A DNA stretch of 63,073 bases, filler included, from Folioceros fuciformis (taxonomy: Eukaryota): NCBI GenBank assembly GCA_049999805.1. It is 8 parts of 8 records of this genome, joined end to end, with 100 filler letters (N's around TTAATTAATTAA, not from the genome) between each part and the next. Parts side by side here need not be neighbours in the genome. Positions count along the whole stretch, not along the records: positions 31,087 to 44,074 come from JBNGIO010004653.1; positions 44,175 to 46,565 come from JBNGIO010004655.1; positions 46,666 to 49,910 come from JBNGIO010004656.1; positions 50,011 to 52,664 come from JBNGIO010004657.1; 4 more parts are not named here. The stretch is one strand, 5' to 3'. The notes below the pieces were generated by a model. It was not told where the DNA came from. It did no database searches and saw only the letters and a program-made list of their open reading frames with translations. A program made the position numbers and the translations under genes. Below, in pieces: positions 39,927 through 52,764 of this stretch; the first letter of the stretch is position 1, and the number at the start of each line of letters is the position of its first letter.

Positions 39927-40909
39927 CATGCTGGTCGTGTCTACTGCAGGAGTAGGATTTGTAATGGGAAGCGAAGAGGTTGTGGATAGCAGTTGGGACC
40001 ATGATGGCTGCTGCATCTGCCAACTCATTCGACCAGGTGCTAGTTTTTGCAGTTTGCAAATGATGTTGTAGCTCGGGGAATGTTGCCTATGCATGAATTC
40101 CGTGAACTTTGGTTCCAGGCTGATGCCATGGATTGATGGCCCCAGGCAATGGAAGTTGGCAACTATGCTGTTATGAAGCGGACCATGCAAAGGCCGCTGC
40201 CGTCAAGGCGTCTGACTGTGTCTCCTGCTTTGGTGTGGGCCGCCTGTCTTAGCGTTACTAGCATCACGGTACTAGCCTGGAAGGTTGCTCTCTCTCCATC
40301 CGAACTCTTCCGAGCACGGGATGGTGGAGTGACTCTTCTTTTTGGCGCTTGCCCTAACAAACATATTTCCTGTTTGCTGTGTCAAAGCTCTCATTCTCGG
40401 TTTTGATAGGAAATTTCTTTCTCAAGTGTGTTGCAGACTAACGCATTGACAGCCACCTTAGGAGCTCCAAATATCACGTTGTACATTGCCGCATACACTC
40501 CTCTCAAGCAAATCCATCCTGGTAATACTTGGGTTGGCGTAGTTGTTGTTGCCATTCCTTCGCTCATGGGGTAGGTTGAGTTTGTGGCACCACTTGCAAA
40601 TGAAATTGTAGTTGGTCATGTGCAGTTTTACCTCTTGCGTGATGTTGTTGTCCATGTTTTGTTGTGTTATAGAGTCAACAGTATTACTTCGTTTCCTGTT
40701 GTGCTTTAGTTGTGTGCCTTCAAGGTTAGCTTAATTGGAAGATGAGTCTTTGCCACTCATGATTTTACTCATTGATGGCAGATGGCTGCTGTCTTTAGAC
40801 ACCTTGATCCGGCAAGTTAGGTGCTTGATGATGCTTAATACTTGTGGCAGATTCCGCATTTCATGGCTTTGGCATTTCTCTGCCGAAGTGATTATGCAAC
40901 TGGAGGGTT
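39927..40909 (+). pseudogene. COX10: Intron-containing internal fragment of heme O synthase (protoheme IX farnesyltransferase)
   Basis: Four exons: MLVVSTAGVGFVMG..TMMAAASANSFDQ | MKRTMQRPLPSRR | [26 protein letters not shown] | YLWQIPHFMALAFLCRSDYATGGF. Deletion/frameshift in exon 1 and two stops in exon 4. Confidence 0.88.
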
Positions 40910-43900
40910 CATCATCAGTAGGGCAATCGTCAGCAGAAAGTTTAAGACCAGGAACACCAAGAGTATACACAGGATTGGAAGAAGCCAGATGGAATCGGTG
41001 GAGAGTCTCAACGATATACTTGCTTTGGTGAAGCATAAGAGTTCGCTCATCCAGGTTACGAACCAACTGAACGCCAAGCACGAAGGTGAGAGGGCCGATA
41101 TCTTTCATGTCGAATTTCTTATGCAGCATACTCTTAACCCAAGCGAGTAACTCCGGATTGTTGGATGCCAGAATGGCATTATCAACATAAAGAGCCAAGA
41201 TGACAAGATGGCCTGCCTTAGAGTACATATACACGTTGGCATCACCAGGGTTCTGCACAAAACCGATGGATTTGAGGTACTTATCGATGGTTTTGTACCA
41301 TCCACGTGTAGACTGCTTGAGACCGTAAATAGTCTTCTTCAAACGACATGCCCAAGTAGGATGTTTAGAATCAACAAAACCCTCGGGCTGTTGCATGTAG
41401 ATATCCTCCTCAAGCTCACCATACAAAAACGCAGTACAGACGTCCATCTGCTGCAAATCCAAGGCATGAGCAGCGGCAAGAGCAAGTATCATTCTGATGG
41501 ATTGTGTTTTGACAACAGGGCTGAAGGTGTCCTGGAAATCAACACCTGGAATTTGAGTGAAGCCTCGAGCGACAAGACGGGATTTATATATGGCAATCTC
41601 GCCTTTCTCATTGAGTTTGTGTTTGAATACCCACTTACAGCTGACCACCTTGCGTCCCGCAGGCAGAGGGCAAAGTTCCCATGTATCGTTCTTAATAAGT
41701 GAATCGTATTCATCTTGGATGGAGGGTATCCAATGAGCTTGATCAGCTCCAGTGATAGCCTCAGTATAAGTACGGGGCTCGGGCTTGAAAACGGGAAGTT
41801 CCTCAGCGGCATCCTTCAGAGAAAGGCCTGCCCTTGGACGCCGAAAATCGACTGACTGGTATGGAGGTTCTTTCCACTGAGTTGGTGGTAACCTCTCTCG
41901 GACAGGATATCTGCGCTCAGCTGGTGGAGCGGGTATAGGGATGTCATCTTCAGCCTCCACTGCAAAATTAGGTAACAAATCGGCGTCAACTGAAACATCG
42001 GAAGCTTGGGAGATATCGTGTGGAATGTCCTGATTCGCTTACTCATCATCTACAGGTGCTGGGACAAGTGCAGGAGCACCGGCCTAATCTTGAGCATTCT
42101 CAGCAAATTCTGGAAGAACATCTGCTACAGGATCCTCGTCGGGAACAACTGGATCGCCTGGTGGGGCATGTTGAACAGCAGGATCAAACACGAGGGGATA
42201 TTCCGAGCTTGCAGCCACAAAATCATCTTGGGGAAACTCAGATGTATCTTCCTCGTCAACAACGTCGGTGACAGTAAAGTTGGAAGGGGTATAGGGCACC
42301 GAATCAAAATACGGCTTTGCAGGACTGGTTAGCTCACGGAAAGTGACTCTCCTGGCGAACATCGCAGAATTGGTAAGGGGATCATAAAGCTTGTATGCCT
42401 TTACTTCTTCACCGTAACCAACAAACAATCGTGGCTTGGCACGGGCATCTAACTTGTGTCTCTTTTCCTCAGGGACATATGCGTAGTCTGGAGAGCCGAA
42501 CACTCTAAGATGAAGTAGACTCGGCTTTCTTCGCCATATGACCTCATAGGGGGTTGCACCATCCACAGCACTTGTCACAAGACGATTGAGAATGTAAGTT
42601 GCCGTTACCACTGCTTCAGCCCAGTATGCTTTGCTAAGACTTGACCATTCCAACATACTACGGGTCATCCCTAACAGAATCTGGTTACGGCGTTCAGCAA
42701 CGCCGTTCTGCTCCTGGGTATAGGGGACAATCAATTGGCGGACAATACCCTGATCCAGAAGAAACTGATTGAAGTGGCCATGCGTAAATTCTGTACCATT
42801 ATTGGTACGTAGGCACTTCAACAAGCAACCAGTCTGCCTTTGGACCATTTGCAGCCACTCTTGGAAGAGTTCAAAAGTGTCAGACTTGAGCTGCATCGGG
42901 TATGTTCAAGAATACCGACTAAAATCATCGGTAAGTGTAAAATAGTATAAAGCTCCACCCAAAGAGGGTATGTGGACCTTTCCAGAGATATCTGCATGTA
43001 CCAGTTCCAGAATCTGTGAAGCTTGATGTGCCTTGGATGTTGGAAAGGGTCTCTCCTTTTGTTTAGCTATAACGCAGGCATCACACAAAGGCAGGTCCTT
43101 AAAACATTTTGGCAGAGGCTCTATGTAGCAGGTCAGATTAGACATCTTTATCAGCTTGTCACGGTTGGCATGACCTAGGCGGGCGTGCCAAAGACTGGCC
43201 TGAGCAGCTTGCGACGACTGGGCAACATGAGCAGAATCTGGAGGTATGACTGTTAAATCAAGTTGATACAAGTCATGTACTATATGTCCAGTAGCAACAA
43301 CCTGACCTCCCTCCCCTCTCGTCTTAAGCTCACAGCGGAAAGAAGAGAAGAGCAAATCATAGGTGCGTAGGGACATAAGCTGGCTAACGGACAACAAGTG
43401 CTTAGCCATATGAGGGACGTAAAGAACATTGTCCAGGTGAAGGACTGAACCGTCCCGGAGACGGAAACGACAGGAGCCAGAACCTGCTATCTTCAAACTT
43501 GTACGTGTAAGCTCATCTCCCAGAAGCACTTTGTCAGCAGTTTGAGAAGAACGAAAATGGTTGAGCAGTGACTTATCGTTACAGATGTGAGAAGTGGCCC
43601 CTGAGATATACCAACTCTGTGGGGAAGGGTGAGCAGAAGATGCAAGGCAAACCGTCATGACAACAGGCGGTTTGGTTGAAGTCGACGAGGAAAGTCGATC
43701 CTTGGATGCCACATGAGCTTCAGCCTGTCTGGAGGACTTCTCAGCTTTGCATGGCTCCCCTGATTTCTTTTTTCTACACTCCCGTTCCTAGTGGCCCTGT
43801 ACACCACACCAGTTACAGGCGCCAGATCTCTTTACAGAAGTGGATTTAGAAGAGCCTGCACCTGCACCGGAGGTAGGCTTCCTTCTGATATTCTTACCTT

Positions 43901-44074
43901 GAGAATAGAGAACTTTATCAGCCTTGGTTCGACCACTACTAACAGTAGAGTGGCTGCGGCTTTGTTCCTCTTGTAGCAGGGCGCCAATCACATCAGCCAG
44001 GTTGATGTTGGTTGGCTGGCCGGCTGCTCTACCTGCATCGGCAGCGCGAACAGTTGCTCCGTAGCTGGAGACAA
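40910..44074 (-). mobile_element. Ty1/Copia gag-pol, disrupted; cut within RT and at a gap
   Basis: Zn knuckle CNWCGVQGH, protease WYISGATSHIC, LWHARLGH, integrase ELVHADI..QNGVAERRN..LRVFGS and RT YKSRLVARGFTQ..QMDVCTAFL..LYVDN. RNase H is absent. Confidence 0.95.
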
Positions 44075-45302
44075 NNNNNNNNNNNNNNNNNNNNNNNNNN
44101 NNNNNNNNNNNNNNNNNNTTAATTAATTAANNNNNNNNNNNNNNNNNNNNNNNNNNNNNNNNNNNNNNNNNNNNCCTGCCAAGCCTGACCACATCCCGAA
44201 TCCGGCTACCGCTACCAATCTGGTTCGGCACCCTCCCACCTGGATGTCGACTCGCCAGCCGCTTGGCTGCATGGCTCTGGCACTGCCACAGCCCGCCGAA
44301 GTGCCCTGCCCCTGACCGCGACCCAGCCCGCTTTCCTCGCCTACAGCTTGGCCGACTGGCCAGAGGCCACTAGCCGACCTCTAGTCTCCAGATCCAACCA
44401 GGCAGCCAACCTGCTCGACCTGGCTGCCCGCTGGATTCCACCACTGGTCGGGGCTGCCGCTTGTAGCAGCTGCCTGCTTGCATCTGGCTGGTCTGCTGCT
44501 GCAGCCGGCCAGCCTGAATCCAAGCAGCCTAGCCGCTGATCCACCTAGGACTGTCCGTCGATCTGGCCTCCTGGCCGGCTAGATCTGCCAGCCCACTCTC
44601 CTGGCAGCCTACTGCTGGCCGCTTGCCCAGAGGCCGCAACCTGGCTCCTGCCTTCTGAATCCGGCCAGATCTAGGCCACCGCCCTGATCCCGCCGGTTTG
44701 CTAATTTGGCCACCTGTGCTCTGGTGATCCCTATCCACCCGATGCACTAGGGCAGCGTCCCGACACCTCCATCTCTGTCCCAACTTCCACCAGCAACAGC
44801 CAGAGGACCCCCAGCCCTCTTTCCACGACGTCCAGGTTTCCTATTCCTTACCCCGAGGAACCAGAGCCCGTGTCCTATCTACCACACAACCTACCTACCC
44901 TATCGACTCACCCTCACTCTAAGCTACTATTCTAACCTAACCTTCCAACCTTTCTTCTACAAGACTCACTCACAAATCCTAAAAAAAAGGAAAACCTATC
45001 ATTTCCCAGGGGTCTGTTCAGCATGTGGAGTCCACAACATGCAATGATCTCACGTGATAAACCTTGTTGGGAAGTCTGCAACGTGGTCACCTGTTGGGTC
45101 AACTTCTCCAATTCTTGCCTTTGCTCACCATTCTTGAGGAGATATTGTCCTCGCTTCTTCTCCAATTCCTGCACTTTGGATTCTAGTCGTGCTGTGGAGG
45201 CAAAACCCCGGGCACTGATTGTCGACGGGTTCTACCTTTAGTGGCCACACTTATCCCATTGTCATTGAGACATTGGGTTTCGTTCCCACGAAGGAGCGAT
45301 GG

Positions 45303-46565
45303 GGTTCCTTGCTGCTGTGGATGAAGGGTTGGACTCAATCAACTCGATGATGGATTCGAGGGCTGCCCTCCGGCTCCGATCAGTCGTAGGACAAGCCTCG
45401 CTGTCTAGCGATCAGCTGCACCTCTATCGGTGCCCACAAACTCGCTGCAATCACTACAACGACCCTAACCTCTTAGATCTGCAACTTCCCTCACTCCCTT
45501 CACACTCTCTTGGTCCATCACCAACACCAGCAACCAACAACGACACCACTACCTTCTACACTTCCCTACTGACTCCTCCTTCCTGGCAAGAGTCACTAGA
45601 CTAACCCCAAAGAAAAGAAAGAAGGGAACACACTCCCCTCTCGGATATCTCCTCCCCACAACCTCACCAGACGCCATGAAACATGGCCGACCTACAGCAC
45701 TTGTCCAAACAGGGAACAAGAGTGGACAGGTCGAGAGAAAGACACATCCTTTACAATCAAGAGCTAGCGGCAAGCCCCTTCACCTTGGTCATTACACCTT
45801 GTGATCCTACCAGACACTATAGAACCGACAACACGCTGCCCGCGATGCTACCAGACGTTGCACAGCCGGCAACACACTGCAGGTCCTAAACCAAATAGGG
45901 ACAGACCATAAGAGCTCATGAAGAGAGTACCTCCAAGAGCTCACGAAGTGACAGACTAACTCCCAAAGTGAATGACTACCTCCTCTTACAGGCTCACTTG
46001 ATCTTATAGGAGCCTCTCTCTCTCTCAGACTTCACCTCTCTCTAACTTGACAAATATTAGTTTAATAGGACCATTAGCCTAGCCGGCTGTCACCTGCCAC
46101 TTATTTAGACTTCTAGCACATCCTGCCACCAATGAGCTGGCCCTACCACCACAAGGATCTACCACCTATTAGACTATCCTGAGACTTCAGAGGATGTCTG
46201 ATCTTCAAAGATATGCGGACGGCGCCTCTTCCTTGCTGGATGGCCGCCCGCTAAGTCTTCCCCTGCAACTGTTCACCCTTGGTGGCTAAGCCAGCCTCCA
46301 GGGGAGGAGTATGAGTAGTGGGAAAGATACAGAGGAGGTGGGAAGCAATGGGACTAGCAACCGGAACCCGGCCTGAAAATGGTAGCTTTTTCAGCGGAAT
46401 CAGCTTCCAGCCGAAATGGTTCCTTGGCCATGGAAGACTGACCTTAGGGTGCTGGAATAGGCCCCAAACTAAGAGGAAAAGAAAGCAGGTGAAATAGAGC
46501 TGAATTGGAATTTCTAGAATTAAATCCAGAAAAATAGGGGTGAAAATAGAAAAGGGGAAATTAGG
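45303..46565. repeat. Dispersed ~1.26-kb repeat, copy 1 (probably LTR/UTR of a retroelement)
   Basis: Colinear and highly similar to 48590-49857, from GTTCCTTGCT to GGGGAAATTAGG. Confidence 0.9.
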
Positions 46566-46665
46566 NNNNNNNNNNNNNNNNNNNNNNNNNNNNNNNNNNN
46601 NNNNNNNNNTTAATTAATTAANNNNNNNNNNNNNNNNNNNNNNNNNNNNNNNNNNNNNNNNNNNN

Positions 46666-48585
46666 ATATAAGTACCAAAATGGCAAGCCTCTAGACCTGG
46701 AAGTATTCACTGATTCAGATTATGCAAGTGACATAGATAGCAGAAAGTCAGTTTCTGGATATGTCATCTCAATTACTGGTGGCCCTATCTGCTGGTCAAG
46801 CAAGAAGCAGCCAATAGTGGCCTTGTCTTCAACCGAGGCTGAGTATTGGGTCTTGACAGCAGCTTCCAAAGAGATTGTGTGGTGTAAGCTCTTGTTTAAG
46901 GAATGAGGAATCCAGATACCTAATTGCACAACAATCCACACTGACAATCAGGGCTCAATGGCTTTAGCTAAAAATCCAGTGTTTCACGCGCATACAAAGC
47001 ATGTGGAGGTGGAATACCACTATATAAGAGGGCTTGTGACTGAAGGCAAAATTGAGTTACAATATATTCCGACTCAAGACAATCCAGCGTACATACTAAC
47101 TAAGGCTTTGAGCAGAGAAGCTCATCACAAGCACATGCAGCGTTTGGGAATGGGAGAGGCAGAAGCTTTCCTGTCCAGTTCAAACTAAGCCAATTGTTTC
47201 TAAAAGCCCGAAGAGATTGAATTATTAGAATCAGAAATCAACTCTATCTCTATCTCAGTTCCTGCCTCAACAGTGTCGAAGGTTGACTCATCTTGAGCTT
47301 CAGTCTCGTAGTAGGCATCGGGCGACCATTCTTTGCAAGACTTCAGGTGATATCCTCCCTTGGGCTTGACCTCTAAATCGGAAGCCCTCCCTCCATCCTC
47401 CAACTTTCTTTCCTCCTTGATCCGCTTGTTGGACTCTGTCCACGGTAAGTGGGAGCAATTAGCAAGTGTTAAAGAAACAAGGAAACTTACAAACAGAAAC
47501 TGCAGCAGCAACGAAAGCAAGAAAGGGAAGCAGCAAATACTTACTGTACAGACTTACGACATATCCAGGGAAGCATCTGCATCAAAGAACCTTCACCCGC
47601 TTCATTATCAGCTCCTCAAGACCAACCCAGGCTCTATACCAGATCGGAGAGCGAAGGGAACTCCAGCGTGCCACAGGTCACGATCTTTGTCTCTTCACCA
47701 TGGCAGATGGGCTTCGGAAGCTTCAGAGGGATGCGGTTCTTGGAGCCGTTGCTGTAGTAAGCCACATCCAGGTTGAGCACTCTGGTGAAGGGCGTAACCA
47801 CCTCCTCCTCAAGCACCGGGGGTGGTGGCGGCTGATGCTGAGGATCCAAAGGACCGGCCATGCTGGGCTCACCCTGCAGCACACCGAGCGTGCGCCACTC
47901 CAGGAAACCCTTGGTTGTTCCCTGCGGCCGACCGACCTTCCTCTTCGCTCCGACGGGCAGGATCCTCTTCTCCTCTTCAGCCTTGGGCTCTGTGGTAGTT
48001 GTCCTTGGCGCGAATCGCCCCAGAGCATCACGGTTGTGGCGGCGGCGCCCAGGTGTGTGATCAGAGGGATCTGGAGACATCGTAGCGGCAGTGAGCAGCA
48101 GTTGTTGTTCGATCTTCTGGCGAAGGAGCTCACAAAGCAATCTTGAAATCAAGAACAGCGGGTTTATGAGTGCAGCGCACCTCAGCTCAACTGCCTTCAC
48201 ACCAGCATCTGTACCCTCAGACGACATTCTGCGCTAGCAGCTCTCTTAGCTGAGGTGTAATCGAGTGTGTCTTTAGTTCAAGCTCTTTACGGGGAGTAAG
48301 CTGAAGGGGGTACTGGCGGTTGCGAACATGGCTGAATTATTATCATCAAGTGGGAGTAATGAATAATAACTGCTGAGTAATAATTAGGGCCAGTTCTGTT
48401 CTAGTTAGGTTAGTTAACCATACCCGTTCGTTAGGGTTGCAGCGTTTCATGAAGGGTGTACCGTTTCGTACAAAAGCTGTAGTCTAAGTTTGATTTATGT
48501 TCTTGTATATAATATACATATATAGACACAATGTAATTCTGCCAATTAATCAATGAATAATATTCTGCATATTTTCATTTATTCT
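46666..48585 (+). mobile_element. 3' part of a Ty1/Copia element: RNase H, extra ~1.1-kb region, PPT and 3' LTR-like sequence
   Basis: FTDSDYASDIDSRKSVSG..WSSKKQ..SSTEAEY..DNQGS..NPVFHAHTKHVEVEYHYIR, with one internal stop. Purine tract AAGTGGGAG at ~48348 is followed by an AT-rich LTR-like block. Confidence 0.85.
47200..48227 (-). pseudogene. Antisense accessory gene within the Copia 3' region, spliced, with an AT-hook-like motif
   Basis: 197-aa ORF containing KRKVGRPQG. After a frameshift and a stop, an in-phase intron at 47436-47544 (GTAAGT...GCTAAT...ACAG) joins an acidic terminal exon. Confidence 0.5.
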
Positions 48586-48589
48586 GAAA

Positions 48590-49857
48590 GTTCCTTGCTA
48601 CTGTGGAAGGAGGGTCAGACTCAATCGACTCGATGATGGATTCGAGGGCTCCTCTCCAGCTCCAATCAGGCATAGGATAGGCCTCACTGTCCAGCGGTCA
48701 ACTGCACCTCCCTTGATGCCCACAAACTCACTCCAGTCAATACAACGACCCTAACCTCTCAGATCTGCGACTTCCCTCAGTCACTTCATTCGCTCTCTCA
48801 CTCCAGCACCAACACTAGCAACTAACAACGACACCACTACCTTCTACACTTCCCTATTGACTCCTACCCGGCAAGAGTTACTAGACTAACCCCAGAGTTA
48901 CTAGAAAAGAAAGAAGGGAACACACTCTCCTCTCAGATATCTCCTCCCCACAACTTTACCAGACGCCATGAAACATGGCCGGCCTACAGCACTTGTCCAA
49001 ACAAGAAACAAGAGTGGACAGGTCAAGAGAAAGACACATCTTTTACAATCAAGAGCTAGGGGTAAGCCCCTTCACCATAATCATTACACCTTGTGATCCT
49101 ACCAGACATTGTACGACCGGCAACACGTGGCTTGCGATCCTACCAAACGTTGCACAGCCGGCAACACACTGCAGGTCTTAAACCAAGCAGGGACAGACCA
49201 CAAGAGCTCATGAAGAGAGTACCTCAAAGATCTCACAAAGTGACATACTGACTCCCAAAGTGAATGACTACCTTCTCCTACAGGCTCACCTGATCTTATA
49301 GGAGCCTCTCTCTCTCTGACTTCACCTCTCTCTAACTTGACAAATATTATTGTAATAGGACCACTAGCCTAGCCGGCTGTCACCAGCCACTTATTTAGAC
49401 TTCTAGCACATCCTACCACCAATGAGCTGGCCCTACCACCATAAGGATCTACCACCTCTTAGACTATCTTGAGACTTTCGGAGGATGTCTGATCTTCAAA
49501 GATGTGCGGACGCCACCTCTTCCTTGTTGGATGGCCGCCCGCTAAGTCTTCCCCTGCAATTGTTCACCCTTGGTGGCTGAGACAGCCTTTAGGGGAGGAG
49601 TATGAGTAGTGGGAAAGATAGAGAGGAGGTAAGAAGCAATGGGATCAGCAGCCGGAGCCTGACCTGAAAATGGTAGCTTATTTCAGCGGAATCAGCTTCC
49701 AGCCGAAATGGTTCCTCGGCCATGGAAGAATGACCTAGGGGTGCTGGAATAGGCCTCGAACTAGGAGGAGAAGAAAGCAGGTGAAATAGAGTTCAATTGG
49801 AATTTCTGGAATTAAATCAAGAAAAATAGAGGTAAAAATAGAAAAGGGGAAATTAGG
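48590..49857. repeat. Dispersed ~1.26-kb repeat, copy 2
   Basis: Direct repeat of 45303-46565. Confidence 0.9.
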
Positions 49858-50111
49858 AAAATAAAAAGAAAATAAATATTGGGATACATATACGGTATAC
49901 GTATTGATACNNNNNNNNNNNNNNNNNNNNNNNNNNNNNNNNNNNNNNNNNNNNTTAATTAATTAANNNNNNNNNNNNNNNNNNNNNNNNNNNNNNNNNN
50001 NNNNNNNNNNGATGGTTGGGATTACTAACTTTGGTGTTGGAGCTTGGCGACGTACAGGGCTCCAGTGCGAGAGAGTGGAGCATCGGGATGGGCGGTATTC
50101 TGGACGACGTG

Positions 50112-50807
50112 ATGTCAGAGATGCTGAAGCTGTTTGGGGATATCGGGACCTAAGGCTTGGTCTTCAAGCTGGCGGCATTCGTCAAAAACCGAGTGGAGAT
50201 GATGCAGGATGTGGAAGAGCAGAGCCAGGTGGTGAGAGAGCAGGCAGAGTTCATTCGGAGCAGCTTCGACAGGGTCGAGATACAGTTCCAAGTTTCCGAT
50301 GTGTTCATCGTGGAGCAAGCAGCCGCGACCTTGTGTTTCTGTGCCTCTGTGTTGCAGAGTGTACGTGACGCGTTCGCGGTGGGTAACGGGGAGTGTTCCT
50401 TGATGGTTCGCTTCGGGTGTGTGGAATTTCGGGATGCCCGGGTTTTTTGCTGCGTACTGCAAGGAACGAGCTGCGCTGATGGATGGAACTATTGTGGTGT
50501 GGACAGGGATTACCCTTGTGCTTGGTTGCTCATCAAGTTATGGAGCTGCGTGTCTGCATCTGCGAATCAAGCGGAGTTGGTGAAGTGTGCAGGGAAGTTG
50601 AAAACATTCCAGGACAATCTGTCTCTTGCCCTACAGACTCGCCGTCCCATCCTCGGTCTGCCTGACGTGCAGGCCCCCCCGGCGGTGGGTATCGATGACC
50701 AGATCAATGAGGTGATCCAGTTTCTGGGGCAGACTGACCAGGGTATGTCGTGCGTGGTCTGCTTCCACAGGGTGGAGGGCGTGGGCAAGAGCCGGCTCAT
50801 GCTGTAA
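50112..50807 (+). pseudogene. Truncated NLR-like gene: N-terminal helical (MLKL/RPW8/CC-like) domain plus the start of NB-ARC
   Basis: MSEMLKLFGDIGT*GLVFKLAAFVKNRVEMMQDVEEQSQVVREQAEFIRSSF.., then AVGIDDQINEVIQFL..VVCFHRVEGVGKSRLM* (pre-P-loop VG motif and a decayed P-loop). Confidence 0.65.
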
Positions 50808-52764
50808 CGTTGTCCAGCGCTGTAACGTTGTTGTCCACAGAAAGCTTGTGCAAGACCCGGCCTGTGCTGAAATTGAACACCTGTGGGGTCACATGCATAG
50901 GAATGGAGAAATCAGGGGCGGCCAACAAGTGGTGTGGCGAGGCCTGATGTACACTGATGTGCAAATGACAGCCGTACTGAGACGTGCCTCCTTCAGTTGC
51001 CCATAAGGAGGAGGTTATTACTCACCTGCATTAACACAACACAGAAATGAGAAGATCGCAAAGATGGTTGAACGTTAGTGTGATGAGCACTAAACCAAGT
51101 CAAGGACGAATAGGATGAAACCGTATGCAAAGCTGTGGAGTCTTTTCGTATATGATCCGCACACATTATTGTCCCTTCTTGAGATCCCAGATTCTTACAC
51201 TCTTGTCCACGGACGACGGACGAGGAGCACAAGGTACCGGTCATTCAAGGACCAATCCAGATTTGCAACAACGGGAACGCAAGGGGTCTCATAACAGGGA
51301 TGGACTCAGTAGAACTAGGCAAAAACAAACGAGTTTGTTTTTGCCTACGGTCTACAGCTTTAATGAATATGAATATGATGCTTCATTTCACACCAATTCA
51401 GTGGATATTCAAATATTGGACCTGCAGCAAGAATTATGTAGGTGAACATTGTTAACTTTTGACATCAACATGACATCAACAAATGTTGGATATCTTGCCA
51501 TAACTATAAAAGCCAAAGTCAACTTGGAGTAGGATGAGAATGTGCAAACAAAATTTGTTGTGTGAAAAGATGAAATGTGAGGTTCACTATTCCCTCAAAG
51601 TGGTGAGAGGAGCTTGTGGAAAACATTGAAGATGAAGTAACAACCATACTACATGAGGAAGTTGCAATATTACCACGAGAGAAAGCAACAATAATGCCAT
51701 CCCTACCACCCTGAGTGAGGAAGCAACGATGATGATAATGCGATCCCTACTCGAAGAGATTATGGAACATGTCATCAAAGGTTTGAAGATAGTAAGCATG
51801 TACTTTACACAAATGCCACATGATGCCATAGCCTCTTTAGAATTGTTTGATGCTTGTGAAAAACATGTGATTAATCATGGATAAGTATGAGCGCCAAATT
51901 TGCAAGAGTATTGTTGATTATTTCAAAGCACAATAGAGCTTAAGGTGTGATTAGAAGACTCCAAAAGCTAGCTCTTTCTGTCATAATTGATAGAGGATTT
52001 TATTGCTAGTGACAAAGAGTGCTAGGCTTCATATTTCCCTTCATGGGAGATGTTAAGATTACATTTTTCTCATAAATAATAAGAAGAATAAAACAAAATG
52101 TAAGAATTATTTTTCTTATGATTTTCATTTCTGAAAAAAACAATCACTAATAGGGAGAAAATTACAGATTCTTTAAAAAGGTTCCCATTATCATTTAAGT
52201 AAAATAAGACCTTCATTCATGTTGTTCAGCATGGTGAAGAAGTTTTAGTTCTAGTGCGGGAGTTGGCGTGGTGACAAGGTTGGAAGATTACTTTATTTCA
52301 AGAAATGGCAATCTACTGTCCACTGTACTTTGAGGTGTGGTCGCAGGCAGCTGTGGTAGCGTGCCTGATGCAGACTGCTTTCTCTGGTCCAGGATAGCAG
52401 CCGGCTGGACTGTCAGCTGCATACATACACGACCGAGAAGTCTTGCAATTCATGCCGGCTGGGCTTGTGCGTGTGGTGTAGCCATGAAGCAAGCACGTGG
52501 CTTGATTCGTGTGTGTCATGACCGCGTCCCCTTATATTTGACTGGTGCGTCCGATGTGTTCGTGCTTCCTCGATGCTGTGACGGTTGGGGATGCGCATAC
52601 AGTGGACTGTGCGTCGGCATTCTTGTGGCAGTCGCAAGTGGGTGAGCTGGGGTGAGATGGGTGGNNNNNNNNNNNNNNNNNNNNNNNNNNNNNNNNNNNN
52701 NNNNNNNNTTAATTAATTAANNNNNNNNNNNNNNNNNNNNNNNNNNNNNNNNNNNNNNNNNNNN

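Noticed and set aside
51360..52080. Stop-riddled AT-rich frame, possibly a pogo/mariner-like tail
   Set aside because: No catalytic motif or TIR could be identified.
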